DNA of 64,000 bases from an uncultured virus (IMG/VR IMGVR_UViG_2724679563_000003) (lineage: Duplodnaviria; Heunggongvirae; Uroviricota; Caudoviricetes). The notes below the pieces were generated by a model that saw only the letters and a list, made by a program, of their open reading frames with translations, ran no database searches and was not told the origin of the DNA. The stretch spans positions 62,001 through 126,000 of IMG/VR virus record IMGVR_UViG_2724679563_000003; one strand, given 5' to 3'. How positions within the stretch are numbered: the first letter of the stretch is position 1; each line of letters begins with the position of its first letter. Made by a program: the position numbers and the translations under genes. Shown piece by piece: positions 50,597 through 60,293 of this stretch.

Positions 50597-50755
50597 ATCT
50601 CACTTCTCTCCTTCATTAAACTATTTCATCATATTTTTTTCCCACATAGCTAAATATACGTAATTCCAACATCTTTTATACAGATATCAGCTCCTTTATA
50701 TATCCTTACTCTATTATATCATTAAACTCATTAAACCCTTTCCCAAATATATTGT

Positions 50756-51322
50756 TTATCTCCCATTTTCATATTCCTCCAATTTTTTATAAAACTCACT
50801 CAACTTAATTTCAACAAATCCTTCAGGAGTTTTCGTTTCTTCATTTATTTTATGACTATCTAATTTAACATATAGGTTATCTCCTACTTCAAATTGACTT
50901 AGTCTATATCCACCTAAAGATAAATTATTAGGAGATTTAGATTCAAAATAATCACCTATTCTTGGTTTTAATAAATTTATAATTATCTTATTATCTATAC
51001 AATACTGTGCAAATTCTTTACCTATTTTACTATTCTTTTTAAAACTACATAAGCCATATTGGTCTGGTTTACACAATGATTTACTTAGTTTTTCTTTATC
51101 TTCATCGGTTGGTATTATTGATAAAGAAATATCTCCCTTATCTTCTTGTAAAAATGGTTTGTTACAACACCCATCGCCACATAAATAATATCTTTCTGCT
51201 TGTATATTATTTTTATCTAAAAAGCTAAAAACAAATTTGCTCTGTTCTTTATCAGGTTGTATGTATTTCAGTACGTCTTTATAGTATTCACTTGATTCTT
51301 GTACTAAATATGCTTTTTCCAT
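50756..51322 (-). CDS. Hypothetical phage protein
   Basis: GAGGGAG RBS preceded by box A and site B; 'PEGFVEIKLSEFYK'. Confidence 0.7.
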   Translation of the reverse strand: MEKAYLVQESSEYYKDVLKYIQPDKEQSKFVFSFLDKNNIQAERYYLCGDGCCNKPFLQEDKGDISLSIIPTDEDKEKLSKSLCKPDQYGLCSFKKNSKIGKEFAQYCIDNKIIINLLKPRIGDYFESKSPNNLSLGGYRLSQFEVGDNLYVKLDSHKINEETKTPEGFVEIKLSEFYKKLEEYENGR

Positions 51323-51527
51323 TATAATCTCTCCCTCATTAAATTGTTTTATATTACTATAAAATTCTTATTTTATATCATTTTTAGCCTCTACAACCGT
51401 TGGTATCACTGGGCTGTGGAAATGATATTTTTAAGTTTTGGTCATTTTTCATAAAACGCTCATATATTGAACAGAAAATTATTTTTCTGATTTTTGAAAT
51501 TTTTCTGTTACAGATTAATATATGAAC

Positions 51528-52172
51528 TTATATAATATTTGGGTTTAATTCATCCATAATATTTTCTATTACCAAATTAAGATTTTGTATAGCATCTTCT
51601 ATACATCCTTTCATATCTAATCCTTCTAATTTTCTTTTATTAGATTTTAAATTTTCTAAAATAGTTTGTAATTCTGTGTTTTTATCTATATCAACTGTTT
51701 CCTTATTTTCTAATTCATCCATAGCAATATTAGCTAATTCATCTGCTCTTTCATTCAATTCTATTCCATCATGTCCTTTGCATTTATTAAAAGTTACATT
51801 TTTAAACTGTTTTGTTAATGCTAATATTTGTTGCCATAATTCTTTATTTTCAACTGGTTTTTTTTTAGAGTTAACCCAATTCTTTTTAATCCAACCGTTA
51901 ATCCAACTATTCATACCATTTACTAAGTAAGCACTATCTGAATGTATTTCAATGTTACATATAGATCTTACATCCCTTTTAATTGCTTCTAAAGATTTAA
52001 TGCAAGCTGTCAATTCCATCTGATTATTTGTTGTGTTAACTTTATTTCCGTATATCTCTTTCTTATTATCTGTACCATTTTGAGTTAAAATAGCACCCCA
52101 TCCACCAATATTATTTTTACTTTGGTTTCCTCTGCAACCGCCATCACAATAAATTATAATCATATTCTTCAT
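51528..52172 (-). CDS. rnhA: Ribonuclease HI
   Basis: 'IYCDGGCRGN', 'TTNNQMEL', 'SDSAY', 'KPVENKELW', 'KGH...NERADELA'. Confidence 0.95.
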   Translation of the reverse strand: MKNMIIIYCDGGCRGNQSKNNIGGWGAILTQNGTDNKKEIYGNKVNTTNNQMELTACIKSLEAIKRDVRSICNIEIHSDSAYLVNGMNSWINGWIKKNWVNSKKKPVENKELWQQILALTKQFKNVTFNKCKGHDGIELNERADELANIAMDELENKETVDIDKNTELQTILENLKSNKRKLEGLDMKGCIEDAIQNLNLVIENIMDELNPNII

Positions 52173-52227
52173 TAACTATACTCCTCTCTTTAGATTACAG
52201 GTTTTATTCCCTTTAACCTGTAATCCT

Positions 52228-52256
52228 ATTTTACCAAATTATTTTATATTTGTCAA
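52228..52256 (-). promoter_or_regulatory. Sigma-A promoter with box A in spacer
   Basis: TTGACA-aatATAAAATAATTTgg-TAAAAT. Confidence 0.78.
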
Positions 52257-54439
52257 ATAGTTATTTCTTTTTTATTTAAATCTATCAATAAGCCTTTTAA
52301 AAATGTATTACGTTGTAATTCAGCACTCTGTTTTAGTGCGTAGTTTATAGTTTCTGGTAATGCTATATGATAACATTTTTCTTTTGCTCTAGTTGCTCCT
52401 ACATACATTAAGTTTTTATTTAATGTCCATTTATGTGATACAGGGGTAACTAATATTACATTTTTGACTCCTGATCCTTGACTTTTATGAATACTAATAG
52501 AATAAGCTAATTGTAATTGTTCTAAATCCTCTTTAGCATACAAAATCATATCCCTTTTATATTGTACATATATTTTATTATAATCTATATTTCTAATAAT
52601 ACCTATTTCTCCGTTAGTAATTGTTACTTCTTCATAATTTTCATTTAATGCTTTATAATTATTTTTCACTTGCATTACTAAATCATTTTGTCTGAAAATA
52701 CTATCACCATATTTTATATATTTTATATCTTCTTTATAAGGATTAAAATTTTCCTGTAAAGTTTTATTTAAATCTATTGTTCCATTTTCATTTATATTTT
52801 TTGCACATAACACCATAATATCTATAGGAGAATTACCTTGTTTTAATAAATTTTGATAAATCCCTACTACATAATCTTTAATATATTCATCCTCTGTTGG
52901 GATAAAAGAATAATCTCCTCTTTCTCCAAAAACTTGTATATCATCATTCTTATCGTCTAAATATTTTTCACCTAATCTAATTTTAGTTGCTACTTGTAAT
53001 AAGCCACCTTCACCATATCTAAAAACTTGAGTCAATCTTGTCAAAGGTATGATACCACTATTTATTAAATCATAAGCACAATTTCCACAACTTACAGAAG
53101 GTAACTGTGCATCATCTTGAACAAATACAATTCTTGTCTTGTTAAAATCTATAGCTTCAAGCAAATATTTCATTAGGCTTATATCTGTCATGCCATTTTC
53201 ATCAACTATTACAACATCTACATCTAATTTGTTTTCTTTATTATATCCCCACCCATAAGCAGGGTTATAATCTAGTTTCCTATGTATTGTTCCAGCATCT
53301 CTATTAGTATATTCACTTAAAACAATTGCTGATTTTCCTGTAGGTGTCATTAAAACATAAGATAAATTGTTATCATCACATAAATTAATAATAGCTTGAG
53401 TGCAAAAACTTTTACCACTTCCTGCATTTCCAACTAGTAAGCTTATATTACTACTACAAAAATTTTTTAATACTCCTTGTTGTTCTTTTGTAAGATTATT
53501 TCCATCAATTCTATAATATTTAGAATAATCTATTATAAGTTTTCTATTATTTTTTAAAGCAAATATTATAGCTCTAGCGATATATAATTCTTTTTCATAA
53601 GTATACTTCCATGCAATTCTTCTTTTAGAATCAAAATATATATCGTCATCCTTTAACCCATCTATTAATAACTCAATACTTTCAGGTACTAATTTATAAC
53701 ATTTATTATATAGTTCTTGTAGATCAATCCATGTATTTCCCTCTTTTTCATTTTCATTTAAACAAAATTTTATACATGCTTTAATTCTTTGTGTTGACTT
53801 TTTTAACTTTTTATTTTTCTCAATAGATAATATTAACCCATCTGCTTTAGTAAAAGATATCCCATTTAGCAAACATAATGTTTCATAAGGGTCTTTCATC
53901 ATTTTTTCTTTCATTATTTCTACTGATGCAAATTTATCGTATAATTTTTTTGCTAATGATATTGAAATATTGTATTCTTTAAATTCATTAATAAAATCTA
54001 TCAAATGAAAATTTTCTGTAATTTTCCTCTTAACTACTTCAAAAGTTTTTTCTTTAATTCCTTTTGTCTTGTTTAAATCAATATCATCTAAGTCATTATT
54101 TATAACTTTATCTATAATATTGGGATATACCTCTAATAGTACCTTTGCTTGTTTTTCGGTCAAAACCTCTTTGAGAAATCTTTTAACTTGTGTTTTAGTT
54201 TGAGGTTTTTCCCTTAATACATTCAAAACTTCGTATCCATATTTATTCTCTTTTCCTTCTATAGAATATTCAACTCCTAGAGTTAGTTCGTGTATATCTC
54301 CAGAAATCGATACATTTCCATATTTGTTATATTTAATATTTTTATTTTTATCTATAGGTGTTACTGCATATATTCTAAAATTTTCATAATTACCTATTTC
54401 TTTTTCTATTATTGCTTTAAATTTAATAATCTCTTCCAA
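52253..54439 (-). CDS. recD2: RecD2-like SF1B helicase
   Basis: 'GNAGSGKS', 'TIHRKL', 'VIVDE', 'QLPSV', 'LAYSISIHKSQGS', 'TRAK'. Confidence 0.92.
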   Translation of the reverse strand: MEEIIKFKAIIEKEIGNYENFRIYAVTPIDKNKNIKYNKYGNVSISGDIHELTLGVEYSIEGKENKYGYEVLNVLREKPQTKTQVKRFLKEVLTEKQAKVLLEVYPNIIDKVINNDLDDIDLNKTKGIKEKTFEVVKRKITENFHLIDFINEFKEYNISISLAKKLYDKFASVEIMKEKMMKDPYETLCLLNGISFTKADGLILSIEKNKKLKKSTQRIKACIKFCLNENEKEGNTWIDLQELYNKCYKLVPESIELLIDGLKDDDIYFDSKRRIAWKYTYEKELYIARAIIFALKNNRKLIIDYSKYYRIDGNNLTKEQQGVLKNFCSSNISLLVGNAGSGKSFCTQAIINLCDDNNLSYVLMTPTGKSAIVLSEYTNRDAGTIHRKLDYNPAYGWGYNKENKLDVDVVIVDENGMTDISLMKYLLEAIDFNKTRIVFVQDDAQLPSVSCGNCAYDLINSGIIPLTRLTQVFRYGEGGLLQVATKIRLGEKYLDDKNDDIQVFGERGDYSFIPTEDEYIKDYVVGIYQNLLKQGNSPIDIMVLCAKNINENGTIDLNKTLQENFNPYKEDIKYIKYGDSIFRQNDLVMQVKNNYKALNENYEEVTITNGEIGIIRNIDYNKIYVQYKRDMILYAKEDLEQLQLAYSISIHKSQGSGVKNVILVTPVSHKWTLNKNLMYVGATRAKEKCYHIALPETINYALKQSAELQRNTFLKGLLIDLNKKEITI

Positions 54440-54478
54440 CCTATCACCCTCTTTAAAAAGTATTAAATAACAAATATA

Positions 54479-57400
54479 TTAATCATTTAATACTCTCAAT
54501 GCTTTTAGTTTATTAGACCTACCATTCTCATAGTATTCCGCTCTAAAGAATCCATCCCCTACATATCCGTTTAAAACTATTTTATCTCCTCTTTTTAAAT
54601 CCGAAGCAACTGTGTTATACAATATATCACCTAATTTGCATATTACTATCCCACTATTGGTTAAAAGAATTATTTCTCTATGTTTTTTTATTTTACCTGT
54701 TAATGTTCCCATTATAATGTATAATTGTTTTTTCTTATAATACCCAACTTTCCTCATATTTAAATTTGGAATATCTTTAAATTCATCTACTCCATATTTA
54801 TCTTTTACTGTTTTTAACCATGAGTCTTGAAAATAAAAACTTGTACTTTCAAACTCTAAATCTGCATCATCTTGATTTTTTCTATAATTCAAATAATCTT
54901 TAATTACTCTATTTTTATTTATTTCTTTAGTATACTCCTCTGAATTAATTTTTAAGTTTTCTTTTAATAATTTTAAATATTTATCATATTGTTTTGTATA
55001 TTTATTTTTTATTATCTTTAATTTATTGTTTTCAATCTCATAAGTATCTTCATCATATAAATTTTTATATGATGTTATTATTTCATCATCTATATATAAA
55101 TCTAATATATTTTTTTTCTCTAATAAAGTTTTATGTAGTTTGTAAATTCTTTTTTCTTTACCAAATTGGTTTTTATCTAATAAGTTATTTTCAAATAATT
55201 CAACTATATTTGTTGTAGAAACCTTTGTTATTAATTTTGCACTATTATAAAATATCTTGCCTAATAATAAGTCTCTTGCAGGTAAATCTTCATCATTATT
55301 TTCCATTGGTAAATTATCAAAACATCCACTATTAACTAAACTAATTAATGCAGATTTATCAAATTTGATCTCATTTTCTTGTATATCAAATACATTTTTA
55401 TCTAAGAAATCTTGAAACGATATATATGGTCTATTCAATATTATTTGCTTTACAGTAGGTTCTCCAACATTATTTAATGAACCTATTCCATATAATATTG
55501 AATTATCATATACCTTAAACCCTAAGTCAGATTCATTTATATCTGGATGAGATATTTTAACACCTAATTCTTTACATTCTGTCAAATATTGAGATATCTT
55601 CATATTATCATTTGTTAAACTTAACAAAGATGTCATGAATTCCAATGGATAATGACATTTTAAATAAGCAGTATAATAAGTTAATAATGCATAACTTAAT
55701 CCATGAGATTTATTAAAGCAATATTCACCAGCAGATTCTATAATATCAAATATCTCCCTTGCTTGTGCTTCGGTTAATCCATTATTAACACATCCCAGTA
55801 TATTTCTATTTTTATCACCAAATATAAAAGCTTCTTTTTGTTCTAATATATATTTCATATCTTTTTTTCCTATTCCTCTGCGGACTAAATCAGCATGGGC
55901 GAAAGAAAACTTAGCTAACTTTTGAAGTAAAAACATAATTTGCTCTTGATAAACTATTATTGAGTAAGTTTCATTTAGAATATCCTTCATATCATCATGA
56001 TAATAACTAATTAATTTAGGATTATTTTTAAATTTAATATAATCATCTAAAAATTTAATTGATGCTGGTCTATATAAACTTATTCCTGCACAAATATCCA
56101 TTATATTTTTAGGTTGAAGTTGCATAAAAAATTTAGTCATGTTATATCCTTCTAGCTGAAACACACCATATAAATTACCTTTAGCTAAGAACTCATAGGT
56201 TGCTTTATCATCTAATGGTAATTTTTTAACATCATAATAATCTTTGCCTATTTTGTTCATTGTGTCACTTATTATTTGAAGAACTTTTGTAGATAGCAAG
56301 TCCATTTTTACCATGCCTAATTCTTCTGCTATCTTTTTATCAACTTGCAATAAAGTTTCTCCTTCTTCCCCCTTCATCATTCCACAATACTCATATATTG
56401 GTTTTGAAGTTATAACAGTTCCACAAGCATTTATAGATAAAGAACGAGGTCTACCATCAAATTCTTTAGCTAATTCAATAACATCTGAATACACTCCTAT
56501 CAAATCCAATAATTTTTTGTTATTCCTTGAATTTTCAATTGATTCATCTATTGTATCTTGTGTCATAAATTCAGCAAGTGCCTCCATATCTTTATGTGGT
56601 TTCCCTAAGCACCTTCCTGCATCCTTTACAGCTACTTTTGGTGTAATATATGTAAAATTGATTATTTGAGAAACCTTATCTTCTCCATATTTACTTTTAA
56701 TATATTCAAAAACCTCACATCTTCTATTTGATTGAAAATCTGAATCTATATCAGGCATTGAAATTCTTTCTTTATTTATGTATCTTGAAAACAACAAGCC
56801 ATAAGGAATAGGGTCTATACCAGTTATATTAAGTAAGTGATTAACAAAGCTACCTGACGCACTTCCTCTACCATCTGCAACAGCTATACCTTGCTTTTTT
56901 GCCCATGATACATAATCAGATATTATTAAATGATATCCTAAAAATCCCATATCTTTCATTGTATTATATTCTTCAAGCATTCTATCTTTATATTCTTGAA
57001 TAGGTCTTCCTACACCAAATTCATCATAAACCATATCATTTTTTATATTTGGTTCTATTTTTTTCTTCCAACCTTTCATAATTAATGATTGAAACCATTC
57101 TTCTTCATTTTTATATTCTTTTGGAATTGGTATATGTGGTAATTCAGGTTCTCCAAATTCAACCTTTCCATTACATATATCTGCTATTTTATTAGTATTC
57201 TCTAGTCCTATTGTGATTTCTTTTTCTGTTAATCCAGATAATTTCATAATATCATATATTTCATCAACAGTATGTATATAACAATCATCATATATTTCTG
57301 CAAGATTTTCTATATCTTGATTATCTCTATTTATATTTACAAAATAAGCATGTGATGTTTGTTTTTCTTTAGATGTATAGTGATTATCATTAGTTATAAT

Positions 57401-57997
57401 ATAAGGTGTATTTGTTTCTACAGATAACTTTTTTATTAATTTATTATATTTTATTTGGTTTTCACTTGCATGAACTTGCATCTCTAAATAAAAATTATCT
57501 TTGAATACCGATTTATATTCTTCTACAAATTTTAAACATTTGTTATAATCATTTATAAATTTACCTAGCTTACTCCCTAGACAAGCAGAAGATACAATCA
57601 AATCCTTTGCATATGGCTTTAGTTGCTCTAAATCAATTCGTGGTTTATAGTAAAATCCTTCAAAATTTGATTTTGTTATTAGTTCGTGTATAGCTTGTAT
57701 ACCCCTTTGATTTTTTGCAATAGCAAGAAAGTGAAAATATTTATATTCATTGTTTTTTTCTAAATGATTAAACGCTTCATAAAATTCAACACCATATAAA
57801 ATCTTTATTTCTGGAAAATCTTTTTGTAGTTTAGCATAATAATAAAACGAGAATTCATTTCCATGATTAGTTGTTGCTACAGCTTTTAATCCTATGTCTT
57901 TACATCTTTGTAATATCTCTTTTGGTGAAGAATGCCCATCTAATATACTAAGAAAATCATGTGAATGTAAATTAGAATAAGTATTAATTCTATTCAT
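54479..57997 (-). CDS. dnaE: DNA polymerase III alpha subunit (family C)
   Basis: PHP 'LHSH..SILDG', 'GRGSASGS', 'SMPDIDSDF', 'FNKSH'; start at ATG 57997 after AGGAGG; no intein seen. Confidence 0.95.
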   Translation of the reverse strand: MNRINTYSNLHSHDFLSILDGHSSPKEILQRCKDIGLKAVATTNHGNEFSFYYYAKLQKDFPEIKILYGVEFYEAFNHLEKNNEYKYFHFLAIAKNQRGIQAIHELITKSNFEGFYYKPRIDLEQLKPYAKDLIVSSACLGSKLGKFINDYNKCLKFVEEYKSVFKDNFYLEMQVHASENQIKYNKLIKKLSVETNTPYIITNDNHYTSKEKQTSHAYFVNINRDNQDIENLAEIYDDCYIHTVDEIYDIMKLSGLTEKEITIGLENTNKIADICNGKVEFGEPELPHIPIPKEYKNEEEWFQSLIMKGWKKKIEPNIKNDMVYDEFGVGRPIQEYKDRMLEEYNTMKDMGFLGYHLIISDYVSWAKKQGIAVADGRGSASGSFVNHLLNITGIDPIPYGLLFSRYINKERISMPDIDSDFQSNRRCEVFEYIKSKYGEDKVSQIINFTYITPKVAVKDAGRCLGKPHKDMEALAEFMTQDTIDESIENSRNNKKLLDLIGVYSDVIELAKEFDGRPRSLSINACGTVITSKPIYEYCGMMKGEEGETLLQVDKKIAEELGMVKMDLLSTKVLQIISDTMNKIGKDYYDVKKLPLDDKATYEFLAKGNLYGVFQLEGYNMTKFFMQLQPKNIMDICAGISLYRPASIKFLDDYIKFKNNPKLISYYHDDMKDILNETYSIIVYQEQIMFLLQKLAKFSFAHADLVRRGIGKKDMKYILEQKEAFIFGDKNRNILGCVNNGLTEAQAREIFDIIESAGEYCFNKSHGLSYALLTYYTAYLKCHYPLEFMTSLLSLTNDNMKISQYLTECKELGVKISHPDINESDLGFKVYDNSILYGIGSLNNVGEPTVKQIILNRPYISFQDFLDKNVFDIQENEIKFDKSALISLVNSGCFDNLPMENNDEDLPARDLLLGKIFYNSAKLITKVSTTNIVELFENNLLDKNQFGKEKRIYKLHKTLLEKKNILDLYIDDEIITSYKNLYDEDTYEIENNKLKIIKNKYTKQYDKYLKLLKENLKINSEEYTKEINKNRVIKDYLNYRKNQDDADLEFESTSFYFQDSWLKTVKDKYGVDEFKDIPNLNMRKVGYYKKKQLYIIMGTLTGKIKKHREIILLTNSGIVICKLGDILYNTVASDLKRGDKIVLNGYVGDGFFRAEYYENGRSNKLKALRVLND

Positions 57998-58034
57998 TAA
58001 ATCCCTCCTTGTAAAATTAATTATCAAATTATTT

Positions 58035-59213
58035 TTATTTAAATAAACTATCTAAATTCATTTTAACTTTCTGTTTATCGTTAAATAAATCATTTATTGA
58101 TTTTTCCTTCTTTTCCTTTTTAAATTTGTCTTTATTTTCATTTTTATATTTTATTAAATGAATGCAATTTGGACGACCACATAAATTAAAACAGAAATAA
58201 CTTGTCTTATCCCCTATTTCTACAGGAGGATAATTTTTTTCTATTTGATCTATCCCCTCAATCTCATCAACTGTATCCTTAATCCATTGGATACAATCCT
58301 TTATTATTTCATTATCATACTCATATTCTAAAAAACAATCTTCAATCCAATATTTCTTTTGTAATTCTTGTGGTAATAAATTTAAATTATTCTCATTTAT
58401 TATCCTACCTGCTTTTAACTCTGCTTCAATGGTATCCATACCATCATTTATAAAGTCATTCACTATTTTTTTATGAAAATATTTTGCACTATCCTTTCTA
58501 TCTTTCATTGATTTTTTAACCTTAGGTGGATTGTTCTTACTTCCTTTTGTCATATAACAACAATATACATATTTAAGCATTGTCCAACCTATTTGACTAA
58601 CATTTACTCCTATAGCTTGTTCAACTCCTAGTTTGTATATTGTCAATTGTTTACCTGCTTTTATAAGCTTTTCTTTATTGAATTTTGAGCTTGTTTTCCA
58701 ATCATTTATAATAACAGATTCAAAATTTCCATCTTTATTATAAACAGGTATTATACTATCTATTTTCATTTGTATCCATATGTAATCTCTGTCTTCTTTA
58801 GGGTTTTCTTTTCTAGGTATTTTATATAGGATAAAATATTCTGTTTTCATTTCTGTTTTCATTATTTTATAATTATTAAAGAAATGCTCCATATTTTTTA
58901 AATAATTTATTTTTGTTGTTGGGGGATTTTCTGGAAACTTAATACCCATTTCTTCACATTCTTGTATTTGTTTTTTGAAATTATTTTGTATATCTTTTAA
59001 ATTGCCTTTATGATTATATATATTCTCTAATCCATCATGAACAACTGTACCTATTTTGTTATATATATTATCCCTAGATTTGTTATGTAATATGTAATTT
59101 TGATAATAATTATATTTGCACTCATGCCATGTTGTAAGCTTACTATAACTATAAACTGGAATATTTTTATCAAATAATTCTTGTAGTTTATTTCTCATAT
59201 CTTGTTCTGTCAT
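58035..59213 (-). CDS. PD-(D/E)XK (RecB/Cas4-like) exonuclease
   Basis: 'YSYSKL..WHEC', 'GTVVH', 'IDS...IINDWKTS', 'QLTIY', C-terminal Cys cluster. Confidence 0.8.
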   Translation of the reverse strand: MTEQDMRNKLQELFDKNIPVYSYSKLTTWHECKYNYYQNYILHNKSRDNIYNKIGTVVHDGLENIYNHKGNLKDIQNNFKKQIQECEEMGIKFPENPPTTKINYLKNMEHFFNNYKIMKTEMKTEYFILYKIPRKENPKEDRDYIWIQMKIDSIIPVYNKDGNFESVIINDWKTSSKFNKEKLIKAGKQLTIYKLGVEQAIGVNVSQIGWTMLKYVYCCYMTKGSKNNPPKVKKSMKDRKDSAKYFHKKIVNDFINDGMDTIEAELKAGRIINENNLNLLPQELQKKYWIEDCFLEYEYDNEIIKDCIQWIKDTVDEIEGIDQIEKNYPPVEIGDKTSYFCFNLCGRPNCIHLIKYKNENKDKFKKEKKEKSINDLFNDKQKVKMNLDSLFK

Positions 59214-59232
59214 TTAACCCCTCCTTGTATTT

Positions 59233-60285
59233 TTAAACCCAAAATATATTTTCATCTTGTATACATTTATTCCATACATCTAAGCCTTTATCTGTTGGAC
59301 TCTCTTTATCTTTTAATATTTCATCATTCATAACAAATCCAACTTTTCCACTTATTAAACAACTCTTACTTTTTAATTTCTTACATTGATCTGCATTAAA
59401 TTCATCTGGTATATCATTGTCCATACAAGTAACTATATCCACCTTTAATGAGATTAATATATCTCTTTGTACTGGAGATATATCATGTGAACCTATAGCC
59501 ACTACATTTCTAACTCCAAAACTACATGCTTGTAATACAAACTTTTCTGATTCACCTACATAAACTCTGCCTTTTTGTATTATATATTTATAATTCTGAT
59601 AAAATCCATATAATAATTGACTTTTAGGAAAGCTTAAATTTTCAATAGGCAACCATTTACTAATATTATTTTTAGTACAATATTCAGCATCTTTATTATA
59701 CCTACCCATTATACCAACTATCTTACCATTTATATCTCTCCAAGGTACTATAATTCTTTCACTATAATCATCAAACATAATATCAAATTCTGTTTGTATA
59801 TCATAATTAATACCATCATTATAAAACCTAATATTTCCTTTATTAATAAAATCATTTAAAATATTATCATCATAATATTTTAAATCTAACCTTTGATACT
59901 TTTTATTCCTTTTTATTGATGAAAAAAAACCTCCAAATGCTTTCTTTCTTTTAATTGTATTAACTTCAAAATTTGAATGATATTTAATACCTATACTATT
60001 ACAACATATTTTAATAGCTTGTGATAAACAACAATTTTTTAATTCCATTATTAAAGTTAATATGTCTCCTTTTACTGGTACTAAATCATAAATCCTAGAA
60101 GTTAGATTATCATCAAACTTTACAACTACCCTTGTAGGATTTTTATCACTCATATCCTTTGCACATCTAAATTCATTTGGGTACTTAGTTATTCTATCAC
60201 AACCTATGTCTTGTAATATTAACTTTATATTATCAACATCTTGTACAATAGTTTCTTTTAATTGTTTTATATCCATAGTTATCAC
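59233..60285 (-). CDS. Phage DNA primase (TOPRIM)
   Basis: 'RIIVPWRD..GKIVGIMGR', 'LYG', 'VGESEK', 'CMDND'. Confidence 0.85.
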   Translation of the reverse strand: MITMDIKQLKETIVQDVDNIKLILQDIGCDRITKYPNEFRCAKDMSDKNPTRVVVKFDDNLTSRIYDLVPVKGDILTLIMELKNCCLSQAIKICCNSIGIKYHSNFEVNTIKRKKAFGGFFSSIKRNKKYQRLDLKYYDDNILNDFINKGNIRFYNDGINYDIQTEFDIMFDDYSERIIVPWRDINGKIVGIMGRYNKDAEYCTKNNISKWLPIENLSFPKSQLLYGFYQNYKYIIQKGRVYVGESEKFVLQACSFGVRNVVAIGSHDISPVQRDILISLKVDIVTCMDNDIPDEFNADQCKKLKSKSCLISGKVGFVMNDEILKDKESPTDKGLDVWNKCIQDENIFWV

Positions 60286-60293
60286 CTAATTTA

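Larger units (their letters stand above)
1614..51375. repeat. Dispersed palindromic site B, TAAAA-N6-TTTTA, at gene junctions
   Basis: Exact copies start at 1614, 10411, 12795, 19682, 21457, 22545, 24971, 28247, 34326, 36509, 43454, 45194, 49171, 51360; one-mismatch copies at 7056, 11384, 26802, 38618. Confidence 0.8.
1631..58037. promoter_or_regulatory. Dispersed oriented box A, ATAAAAYAATTT (sense strand)
   Basis: + strand at 1631, 4164, 7044; - strand at 10440, 11365, 12475, 12781, 15246, 19573, 19663, 21438, 22119, 24152, 26772, 28231, 29284, 33744, 36493, 38605, 39820, 39860, 43206, 43435, 44338, 44776, 46721, 47758, 49189, 51341, 52236 and others (some with 1-2 mismatches). Confidence 0.85.

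Noticed and set aside
11365..51360. Box A plus flank (GTTTTATATTA) resembles the start of some clostridial CRISPR repeats
   Set aside because: Similarity stops after about 11 AT-rich bases and copies are not regularly spaced; no array or cas genes seen.
40993..58027. Inteins or introns in nrdD, recD2 or dnaE
   Set aside because: The ORFs are continuous and of normal length, with no intein terminal motifs or embedded endonuclease seen.
58035..59213. Cas4-like nuclease as evidence of CRISPR-Cas
   Set aside because: It sits between primase and dnaE in a phage replication block, typical of a phage exonuclease.
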